From Promethearchaeota archaeon (GTDB lineage: Archaea > Asgardarchaeota > Lokiarchaeia > Sigyniarchaeales > SOKP01), in NCBI GenBank assembly GCA_048939995.1, contig JBHLOY010000002.1, positions 64,001 to 128,000 of the forward strand: a stretch of DNA of 64,000 bases. Reading direction: 5' to 3'. Below, in pieces: positions 30,280 to 38,688 of this stretch. The translations under genes were made by a program, and so were the position numbers. Numbering within the stretch: position 1 is the stretch's first letter; each line of letters begins with the position of its first letter. Under the pieces are notes generated by a model that searched no databases, was not told where the DNA came from, and saw nothing but the letters and a program-made list of their open reading frames with translations.

Positions 30280-30842
30280 ATGCAATATAGAAAATCCAAA
30301 CCTTCTGATGCTAGCGCAATAGCAAAAGTCACTTTTGACACCTGGAATTCTACATATAAGGGTCTTATTTCCGAAAGAGTTCTCCAAAAAAGATCTCTTA
30401 ATGTGTTAATTCAAAAGTGGAATGAAAGAATATCAAACTTGGCTAATAAGCAAATTATTTATGTTGCTGAAAATGACTCTGGAAATATTATTGCTTTTAT
30501 ATGGGCTGGAACAGAAAAAATTAATCCCGTTGGTAACTTGTTAGAGTTAAATAGTTTTGAAGGAGAATTAATGGCAATTTATGTATTAAAGGAATATCAA
30601 AACAAAAAGATTGGATCAAACTTGGTTTTTCTTGTTGTCAATTATCTTTTAAGCAAGGGTGATATTAGTATGATTGTTTGGGTTTTGAAAGAAAATCCTT
30701 CAAAGAATTTTTATAAAAACTTGGAGCAATATACAAAGGAGATCACTATTTAAATTTAGATGGAGAACTTTATCTTGAATCTGCATATGGCTGGAGTGAT
30801 ATTAATCAAATTATTTCTTATTCTGAATCGAAAGTTAAATAG
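30280..30842 (+). pseudogene. GNAT acetyltransferase frameshifted at an A5 run
   Basis: The track ORF ends at 30753. Adding one A at 30715-30719 gives ...NFYKKLGAIYKGDHYLNLDGELYLESAYGWSDINQII... to TAG 30840-30842, the usual FY.KLG...YGW end. Confidence 0.8.
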
Positions 30843-30941
30843 CATCTAATTAGTATGAAAATTTAAATAAGTAATAAAAGATATTAAGAGTAATATCTCA
30901 TCTATTTAGATATAAAATGCACTCAAAAAGGTTTAAAAAAT

Positions 30942-31925
30942 ATGGAAATTCAATATGGTAAAATGATATTATATGGAATTCTTTCAGCTATCTTTTATAT
31001 CGTAGTTCCTCTCGCCTTTATTTACGGTCTTGATTACTTCAATATAATGACTTTTTCTGAAAGCTTTAAGATTACAGTTATCATTTTTGGGGTAATTGGA
31101 GTCATCTTTTCCATGCTTAACCATGCATTCCCTAAGGATACATCTGCGAATCGTCTTGTGAAATTTGGATCAGCAATTTATTCTGGAATTTTTCTCTTCT
31201 ACATTTTCGGAGGGTTTGATCCAGGAAGAACTTTAGGATCTTATTATATTGATTATGCTATCCCTAATACTTTTTTAATTCAAGCCCTTTTGGGGTTACA
31301 AATTATAGCCTGGTTATTTTTAGGTTCAACGATAATTAGAGCTATACAATATTTAATTGAGGCTATAGAGTTACGCGAAAAAAGGGAATTTCACGTTGTA
31401 ATGAAAAAAAAGTTCAGGGTAAGTAGAATATTTAAAGGCTTAGGGATACTAGCAAGTTTAATTATTTTAGGATATTTTGCGACTATTATTTTTAGTGGAA
31501 TGAACTTAGGTTTCAACCTCCATACACCAATAGCTCCTCCAGATTATGATAATAATGGAACTCCTCTAGATTTTTCAGATGATTCACTAAATATTACCTT
31601 CACTTTTGATTTACGCAATAATGGTTTATATGCAATTAATGATGTAATATTTGATGCTGAAGTAAGGACATTAACTACAGCAAATGGTAGTGCTCTACCC
31701 TTTTATACTAAAATTGGAGGTCTAGCTGTTCCCTATCAAAACACTTTTCATGCATTTACGGAGACATTGAATCAAGACATAATTATAGGCATAAATAGCT
31801 TCTATATTGAAGGATTGATGACGACAAATGCAAATCTAAGTTTAAGTTTTTCATTTACAACGATGTATGCTTGGATTTTTGTTGGTTTAAATTTATCTAT
31901 ATCACTTCCATGGACTCATCCTTAA
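30942..31925 (+). CDS. Multi-pass membrane protein with C-terminal beta-rich domain (paralog 1)
   Basis: About 5 TMs. Shares MEIQY.KMILYG, ANRL, FGGF.PG and LIEAIEL with the next gene. Confidence 0.75.
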   Translation: MEIQYGKMILYGILSAIFYIVVPLAFIYGLDYFNIMTFSESFKITVIIFGVIGVIFSMLNHAFPKDTSANRLVKFGSAIYSGIFLFYIFGGFDPGRTLGSYYIDYAIPNTFLIQALLGLQIIAWLFLGSTIIRAIQYLIEAIELREKREFHVVMKKKFRVSRIFKGLGILASLIILGYFATIIFSGMNLGFNLHTPIAPPDYDNNGTPLDFSDDSLNITFTFDLRNNGLYAINDVIFDAEVRTLTTANGSALPFYTKIGGLAVPYQNTFHAFTETLNQDIIIGINSFYIEGLMTTNANLSLSFSFTTMYAWIFVGLNLSISLPWTHP

Positions 31926-32044
31926 AACTTTTTCTATTATCTATATAAACTCTTTTTTTATACTTTTTTGAACAAGGGAGTTTTTAAATAACTATATATA
32001 GAAATTCCAGTATTATGTATTAAAAGTTAAGCTTATTGATTAAA

Positions 32045-33016
32045 ATGGAAATTCAATATCCTAAAATGATCCTTTATGGGTCGATAAGAGCTATTTTTTA
32101 TATGATAATACCTCTTATCTCAATTTTTATCCTTTCAGTTCTCGAAATTGTAACATTTAGTAATAATTTTATAATTTCTCTTCTGGTTATTGGATGTATT
32201 GGAGTATTTTTAACCATACTGAAACATATATACCCAAAACAAACAGTAGCTAATCGATTAATTGCTTTTGCAGTTAAAATTTATCAAGGAATTTACTTAT
32301 TTTACGTTTTTGGTGGCTTTAATCCGGGTGTAAAGCTAGGCACTTACTATATAAGTACAACTCAAGTACAAGTCCTTTTAGGTCTTCAATTTATCGCTTG
32401 GTTACTTCTTGGAATCGCAGGAATAACTGCGATTCAAAATTTAATTGAAGCCATTGAACTTCAAAAGGAAAAGAACTATCTTCTTAGAGGTAAAAAACAA
32501 ATCAAATTGAGTAAATTTTTCAAAACCTTAGGTTTAATATTAAATTTAGCAATGGGAGGGTATGTTTTGAGTATAGTAATAAGCGGACTTAATTTAAAAG
32601 TAGATTTAAAAAAAAGTTATGCAATTAACTGGAATACTGGTACAATTCCTGATCCCAGTGATGATAGGATAAATATAACTATGTACTTTGATGTTTTTAA
32701 TATGGGAATATATTCTATAAAAGAGATATATTTAGATGCTGATATTTATACAGTGGTTTCTTTTAATTTTGTTACCCTTCCTGAAGATACTAAGATTGGT
32801 GAGATAAATAATGTATATTTTAGTGAATTTAAAGCTCTATTTATCACAAGAAATCAAACTGTTCTTATTGAAATTAATCCTTTATATGCTCCAGGATTGG
32901 CAATTACAGATGCCATTTTAGAATTTAGAATTTCATTTATGAGTATCTATGCTGGTATTTCCATTGAGTTGAATACTTCAATAACTGTACTTTGGAGTAA
33001 ATTATTTACCCCTTAA
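32045..33016 (+). CDS. Multi-pass membrane protein with C-terminal beta-rich domain (paralog 2)
   Basis: Colinear similarity with 30942..31925. ATG at 32045. Confidence 0.75.
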   Translation: MEIQYPKMILYGSIRAIFYMIIPLISIFILSVLEIVTFSNNFIISLLVIGCIGVFLTILKHIYPKQTVANRLIAFAVKIYQGIYLFYVFGGFNPGVKLGTYYISTTQVQVLLGLQFIAWLLLGIAGITAIQNLIEAIELQKEKNYLLRGKKQIKLSKFFKTLGLILNLAMGGYVLSIVISGLNLKVDLKKSYAINWNTGTIPDPSDDRINITMYFDVFNMGIYSIKEIYLDADIYTVVSFNFVTLPEDTKIGEINNVYFSEFKALFITRNQTVLIEINPLYAPGLAITDAILEFRISFMSIYAGISIELNTSITVLWSKLFTP

Positions 33017-33103
33017 ATTTACAAATTTATTTTCTTAACATTTTATCTTAATTAATAGTTTATAGACAATTTCTTTAAATTGAATATGAAAAAAATATTA
33101 ACT

Positions 33104-33616
33104 ATGACAGAAGAGGAACCGCCACGACCTAAGGGATTACCAGTTGGTATGAAGGCTCCCAAATTTGACACAGTCGACATTTATGGGAATGAGATTAGTT
33201 TAGCAACTCTACTTGATAACTATGATGGCATTATAATTGACTTTTTTCGGGGGAACTGGTGAAATCACTGTAAAAAACACCTTAGACTATTAACAGAAAA
33301 GAGTTCTGAATTTAAGAAGAGAAATATTAAACTGCTTTCAATTGCGAGTGATAGTATGCGTTTATTACAAAAGTTTAGAGAAGAGAACAACTTTAATGTG
33401 GATATTATCTCCGATAGAGGGGCTAAAATCGCTAAAGATTATGATGTTTATTGGTTTGCACCTGGAGGAGGTGGAAAAATCAACGTTAAACAAGCAGTTC
33501 CCAGTAAATTTCTCATAAATAAAAATGGAATAATAATTTGGAAATATATTGGAAAAGATAAGACTGATAGACCCTCAATAGAATTAATGACAAAAATAAT
33601 TGATGAAAAAATTTAG
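33104..33616 (+). CDS. Peroxiredoxin-like (AhpC/TSA, BCP-like) selenoprotein with UxxC motif, 170 aa
   Basis: Track ORFs 33080..33262 and 33356..33616 are one frame: GMKAPKF...FFRGNW-U-NHC-KKHLR...ISD...AKDY...VPSKFLI...DRP. TGA 33260-33262 is the first Cys position of the family RGxWCxxC motif. Confidence 0.93.
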
Positions 33617-33619
33617 AAT

Positions 33620-33684
33620 CCTATAAGAATGATTCATTCATAGAAAAATGAGATGAGTGATGACAGCCCTGCAAAGGTTTTAGG
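33620..33684 (+). ncRNA. SECIS element, eukaryote-type, in the 3' UTR of the Prx-like selenoprotein gene
   Basis: CCUAUAAGA-AUGAU-UCAUUCAU-[AGAAAAAUGAG]-AUGAGUGA-UGAC...UUUUAGG. AUGAN/NGAN core, 8-bp helix II and an 11-nt loop matching the mvhD element at 10 of 11 positions. Confidence 0.9.
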
Positions 33685-33700
33685 TATTTGTTTCTTTTTT

Positions 33701-34522
33701 TTAATAATTATAAAAGCCCTTCCCTGTTTTACGTCCTAATAAACCATTATCTACCATTTCTTTAAGTTTTTGAGGAGGTTTATCATTTAAATCTCCACTT
33801 TCTGCATAGTAAGACATTTCTACGTCATAAGTTACATCAAGACCAACATTATCCATTATTTCAAATGGTCCAATTCCCATTTTGGTAAAGATTTTCCATG
33901 CTTTGTCGATGGTCTCAACATCAGCAACTCCTTCAGCCCACATTTTTAAACATTCTTTCCTTGCGGCTCTCCACATTCTATTGAATACAAAACCAAAACT
34001 CTCTTTTTTTAATATTATGGGAGAAATTTCCAAGCTTTCAACCCACTGAATACCCTTCTTGAAAGTGATATCTGAAGTTTTTGTCCCTCTCATAATATCC
34101 GCCATTGGAAGAGCTTTTAAATTATAAAAATGAATATTTAAGACCTTATCTTTTCTCTTTACTACTCCTTCTATTCTTGATACAGGAAGAGACGAACTAT
34201 TAGTTGCGATAATAGCATGTGGTGGAGCAAATCGATCTATTTGGGAAAAAATTTCTTTTTTTAGCTCTAATTTTTCTGGAACTGCCTCAATAATCAAGTC
34301 AGCATCTTTTACGGCGGCAGCAAGAGAGTCATGAAGTGTGACTTCTCCTGGAATTCCTTTCATTTTTTTCTTCCGATTCATTCTCCTTACAAAAGATTTT
34401 AAAAACTCGAGTAATTTGTCATGAACTCGCACAGTATATCCATTTATGGTTGCTCTTTCAATAATTTGTTGACCCATGGTTCCACCACCAATTACAGCTA
34501 TTATCATATTTTTTAAGGTCAT
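33701..34522 (-). CDS. 3-hydroxyacyl-CoA (3-hydroxybutyryl-CoA) dehydrogenase family
   Basis: GGGTMG, IEAVPEKLELK, ATNSSS, IHF, GFVFNR, GRKTGKGFY. Confidence 0.9.
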   Translation of the reverse strand: MTLKNMIIAVIGGGTMGQQIIERATINGYTVRVHDKLLEFLKSFVRRMNRKKKMKGIPGEVTLHDSLAAAVKDADLIIEAVPEKLELKKEIFSQIDRFAPPHAIIATNSSSLPVSRIEGVVKRKDKVLNIHFYNLKALPMADIMRGTKTSDITFKKGIQWVESLEISPIILKKESFGFVFNRMWRAARKECLKMWAEGVADVETIDKAWKIFTKMGIGPFEIMDNVGLDVTYDVEMSYYAESGDLNDKPPQKLKEMVDNGLLGRKTGKGFYNY

Positions 34523-34860
34523 TGTAACACCTATTTTACTATTATTTAAAGATAAAATAAGATTTGTATTAAATCTGTATAATCTATATTGAGTTGAAAA
34601 AACTTATATATACATCTTTAGAAAAAGTACTATACATTAGAATTTATTAGGATTATCTTATATTCAAGTGTTAAATATAAATGTCAGATAAGGAACATGC
34701 GTGGAATGAGGATCCCAATTTAGAATTTCTTTATCTCGGGGCAAACTCAAAAGGAATGAGAGGATATCATGCTCCAATTATAAATCCTAAAATTATACTT
34801 TTTTTCCAAAAAATGTTGCACGAAATTTCAAATAGTAAATTCCAATAGTATAGAGTTAAT

Positions 34861-35031
34861 TCTTTCATAAAAAAGATTAACAGCAGAGCTTTAAAGGGCG
34901 GTTGTACAGCCGGAATTGATGCAAATCTTGAGGAAAATTTAAAAACTTATTATAAAATTCGGGGATGGGATTGGAATACAGGTTGGCCCACCCAAGAAAA
35001 GTTAAAGGAACTAAATATTGAAATAAAGTAA
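34861..35031 (+). pseudogene. C-terminal remnant of an aldehyde:ferredoxin oxidoreductase
   Basis: Translates ...ALKGGCTAGIDANLEENLKTYYKIRGWDWNTGWPTQEKLKELNI*, matching the YYEARGWDKETGIPTDETLKKLGL end of the intact AOR in this window. No start codon of its own. Confidence 0.75.
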
Positions 35032-35033
35032 AA

Positions 35034-36137
35034 TTACTCCACTTTTTTGATTATTTCTTCTTTATATCCAGTAATCACCTTTGAAAAACCCCGAAGTATT
35101 TCATCCACCTCATTTTTTCCAGTATCTACTCTTAGAGATTCTAATTTCTTGATTTTTTCTTTTGTCGAAATAATAATAATATTTTCTTTTCCAATTTTCT
35201 TTATGACTTGAGGAGTAAATTGCTTATTTCCTCTTCCAAAAATAAAGCCTTGTCCTCCAATGGGCGTTATAATAATCTTTACTTTTTCATATTTTCCCAA
35301 AAGTCTTAGAATAGCCTTCTCATTTAAATCAAATTTGATTATCTCTCTGTTATATAATCCATCGACCCCTAGAAGGGTTTTCTTTAATTTTAATTTATCT
35401 GTAACAGCTTTTATAGTAGTTCCGGGACCTAATAAGTATAATGTGTCACTTTTTATTTTCTCAATCACTTCTAAAGCAATTTCATCTTTATTCTGCTCTA
35501 TTGAGCCACTTGTAATAGAACTATCTTTACTTAATTGGACTAAATTATGCTTTATAGGAACTTTTAGAAATCCAAAGAGATTTGATTCTAATCTTCCCTG
35601 AAGGTAAGATTCCTCATTTATATCTAATATTTCTCTCTCTTCAGTTTCTATTTCTCCTGCTAAAAATCCTTCCAATAATTCAGCAGCAGCTCTTGGATTT
35701 ATTGTAAATACAGAACTAAACATTTTAACTCCTGAGGGAATCGCAATTATAGGGATTTTCATATCTATTGCATCAAAGATGTCTTTTGCAGTACCATCTC
35801 CGCCACAAAATATCAATATTAAAATATTTTTGCTTAACATAGATTTTGCTATTCGAATTGTATCTTCTGCTGTAGTTTCAATTCCAATTTCCCCAATTAC
35901 TTCAAATCGATAATTATAATTTTTAATATACTTTTCTCCCATTTTACCAGGAGCGACTAAAAAAAATAAATTTTCTCTATATTTTAAATTTCTAAAGAAC
36001 TCAACCATTCTGGAAGGAGCAATGGGAACAGCACCCAATTTTAAAGCTAATTTATAATTTTCTTTATCAGTTTTTTTTAAACCTACGCTACCTCCCATAC
36101 CAGCGATAGGATTAACAATTAATCCTACTTTCTTCAT
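35034..36137 (-). CDS. ATP-NAD kinase / AcoX family protein
   Basis: NPIAGMGG, GGDGTA, PSGVK, GGQGFIFGRGN. Confidence 0.85.
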   Translation of the reverse strand: MKKVGLIVNPIAGMGGSVGLKKTDKENYKLALKLGAVPIAPSRMVEFFRNLKYRENLFFLVAPGKMGEKYIKNYNYRFEVIGEIGIETTAEDTIRIAKSMLSKNILILIFCGGDGTAKDIFDAIDMKIPIIAIPSGVKMFSSVFTINPRAAAELLEGFLAGEIETEEREILDINEESYLQGRLESNLFGFLKVPIKHNLVQLSKDSSITSGSIEQNKDEIALEVIEKIKSDTLYLLGPGTTIKAVTDKLKLKKTLLGVDGLYNREIIKFDLNEKAILRLLGKYEKVKIIITPIGGQGFIFGRGNKQFTPQVIKKIGKENIIIISTKEKIKKLESLRVDTGKNEVDEILRGFSKVITGYKEEIIKKVE

Positions 36138-36315
36138 AATTAATTAAATATTTAAAAAAATCGGTATTTATGTCTAATTATTATTTTAACGCCTAAAAAA
36201 AAATTTTGGAATTCTTTCTGAGAATTTCTATATGCACACATCCCTTGTAAAAAAAGTATATAAACGGAAAAAAGATAGTAATACAATAATCAAATTAGAT
36301 AAATAATTATAAAAA

Positions 36316-36786
36316 ATGACAGAAAATTTAGAATTTAATTTGGGAAATTTAAAGATAGATCAATTAAGTTTTGTTTATAAAGACATTAAAGAACAAGCTA
36401 AAATTATGGAAGAGATTTACCGAATTCCTAAATTTGCACAAATGGAAAACATAACTCACCAAAACGCAACCTTCCGAGGTAAGGAAGTAACCATCACAAC
36501 AGATTATGCATTTAGTCGTTTAATTAATGTACAAATTGAATTACAGCAATGGAAAAGCGGTGAATGTCTTTTTAAAGAATTCATAGATCAAGGTAAAGAA
36601 GGATTGCATAGCATAGGAATCTATGTTGACGATCTAGATGCCTATATAAATGAATTTAAGAAGATAGGTATAAATATCATTCAAACAGGCCAAGTAGGTA
36701 AACAAAAATTTGCTTATTTAGACACCGAAAAAACTTTCGGTTTTTTATTAGAGATATCCATGACTGTAAAGCGTCGAAAAAAATAA
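36316..36786 (+). CDS. VOC family protein (methylmalonyl-CoA epimerase/glyoxalase-like)
   Basis: QIELQQ, GEGLH-like GKEGLHSIG, FAYLDT...LLEI. Confidence 0.8.
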   Translation: MTENLEFNLGNLKIDQLSFVYKDIKEQAKIMEEIYRIPKFAQMENITHQNATFRGKEVTITTDYAFSRLINVQIELQQWKSGECLFKEFIDQGKEGLHSIGIYVDDLDAYINEFKKIGINIIQTGQVGKQKFAYLDTEKTFGFLLEISMTVKRRKK

Positions 36787-36789
36787 AGT

Positions 36790-37653
36790 TTAAATTTTTC
36801 TTCCTGTTTTTCTTCTTGCTCTTTTATAAAGACGATCTAGTACTCCTCGAGAGTCATCAGGATTCGCTCTCATAGTTTTAAGTTGAATATCAGCTTCTCC
36901 TGGTAAAATCTCGAAGCGTTCTTCTAGAACATTTTTAATAAAAGTATCAGCTACCTCTTCTGCTTTCATAATTGTACCACTTTGTGAAATAATTGTACAC
37001 TCTAGTGGTTTAAGCTTATTTTCTTCTGCAAATCCTGGAGTATCAGTATCAGGTGGGAAAAGGACTGAAACTTTAATATTGTAAGGTAACAACTCATGTC
37101 GTAAAATCTCTGCTAAACCAAAAATGGCGTATTTAGTTGGAACATAGGTAGCATAACCCATAATTGCCATAAATCCTAAAACTGAAGACGTAAACGTTAT
37201 GTACCCATTTTTTGATTCCATAAAGTATGGTAAAAGAATGAGAGTGGGTATAAGCTGTGCATAATAATTTCCATCCATATTTCTTTTAAAATCCTCCAAG
37301 GTTAATTTTTCAAGATAATCTAAATGAGCAAAACCCACAAAATTAAATAAATAATCTGGTACTTGATGTTGGTCAATTAGTTCAGTTATAAGTGGCTTTA
37401 ATTTATCCCTGTCTGTAGTATCACAAGAGATTATCTCAACAAATTGTAAATCATCCGATTTTAGCTTATTACATTCATCTTGCGTTTCTTTTAATATATC
37501 CAACCCTCTTGCAATCAGACAAACACTTCCTCCTAATTTGATAAATAACTTAGCAGTTGCTTTCCCTATTCCTTTTGAACCGCCAGGAATTACAGCAAAC
37601 TTTCCTTTAAATGGTTGTTGATTTATTAATTCTTCTACTGTCATTTCAATCAT
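36790..37653 (-). CDS. SDR oxidoreductase, 3-ketodihydrosphingosine reductase (KDSR/Tsc10)-like
   Basis: GGSKGIG, catalytic YVPTK and the KDSR-type FPPDTDTPGFAEENKLKP motif. Confidence 0.75.
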   Translation of the reverse strand: MIEMTVEELINQQPFKGKFAVIPGGSKGIGKATAKLFIKLGGSVCLIARGLDILKETQDECNKLKSDDLQFVEIISCDTTDRDKLKPLITELIDQHQVPDYLFNFVGFAHLDYLEKLTLEDFKRNMDGNYYAQLIPTLILLPYFMESKNGYITFTSSVLGFMAIMGYATYVPTKYAIFGLAEILRHELLPYNIKVSVLFPPDTDTPGFAEENKLKPLECTIISQSGTIMKAEEVADTFIKNVLEERFEILPGEADIQLKTMRANPDDSRGVLDRLYKRARRKTGRKI

Positions 37654-37670
37654 CTTTAATCATTTTTTAT

Positions 37671-38483
37671 TTAAATTTCTGATTTCAAATAATAAGCTGG
37701 AACACCAACTTCTATTATACCGCCATCAATTGGAAAATTATGTCCTGTTATAAAGTCTGATAAAGGAGAGGCGAGGAAAATCATAACATTCACAACATCT
37801 TGAATTGTTCCCATTCGATTTAATGGAGTTTTAACATGACCGTCATCCATTATCACTTTCATTGCGTCTTCTCTATTATCATATATTCCAGTCACGTGAT
37901 AGCCTGGAGAGATGGAATTTACAGTAATCTTAGGAGCCAGACTCTGAGCTAACATTTGAACCATAGCAATAATTCCAACCTTTGTTATGCTATAAACAGG
38001 GGTCTTATTATCAACTTTCATTCCTGCAATTGATGCTGTGTGAATTACCTTTCCAATAAATGGTTTAAATGTCTGTTTTTTCATCCTTTTGCATACAAAT
38101 TTCGAGACCAACCATTGTCCTTTAAGATTTACTTCTAAAAGTCTATCCCAGTCTTTTTCTTTAGTTCTTAATAAATCTAGTCCATAAGGATATCCAACAC
38201 CTGCATTATTGAATAATATATAGACATTATCTAACTCCTGAAAAGCTTGTTTTGCCATAGCTTCTACTTGATCAGATTTTGAAACATCGCATATTATTGG
38301 TATAACTTTTTGTTTTGTTTTTTGTTCTAGGTCATTTGCTGTTTCTTCTAAAAGTTCTTTATTAATATCTACTAAAACAATGTTTGCTCCTCTTTCAGCA
38401 AAAGCATATGCAACACCCTTTCCAAATCCAGAAGCACCGCCTGTAATTAACGCTCCTTTTCCTTCTAAAAATTTACCTTCCAT
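37671..38483 (-). CDS. Classical SDR oxidoreductase (FabG-like)
   Basis: TGGASGFG, NNAG, YSITK, ISPG, IDGG. Confidence 0.9.
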   Translation of the reverse strand: MEGKFLEGKGALITGGASGFGKGVAYAFAERGANIVLVDINKELLEETANDLEQKTKQKVIPIICDVSKSDQVEAMAKQAFQELDNVYILFNNAGVGYPYGLDLLRTKEKDWDRLLEVNLKGQWLVSKFVCKRMKKQTFKPFIGKVIHTASIAGMKVDNKTPVYSITKVGIIAMVQMLAQSLAPKITVNSISPGYHVTGIYDNREDAMKVIMDDGHVKTPLNRMGTIQDVVNVMIFLASPLSDFITGHNFPIDGGIIEVGVPAYYLKSEI

Positions 38484-38688
38484 AGTTTATCAAATCTATT
38501 TGAATTCTTTGTTAAATTTATGTTTTTTAGTTTTACAATTGATATTATATTCAAATTATATAATAGCTTTAAACTTAATCAACGGATTTCTCTAATATAT
38601 AGAAATAATTAATATTTTGAATAAAACCAAAAATTTAATTATTTAGCTCTTTTTAAAATTTAATATAGAAACGGCATGTGATTCAAAA

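Noticed and set aside
34846-34848. Pyrrolysine codon
   Set aside because: There is no methylamine methyltransferase context and no pyl gene in the window, and the flanking segments look like unrelated fragments.
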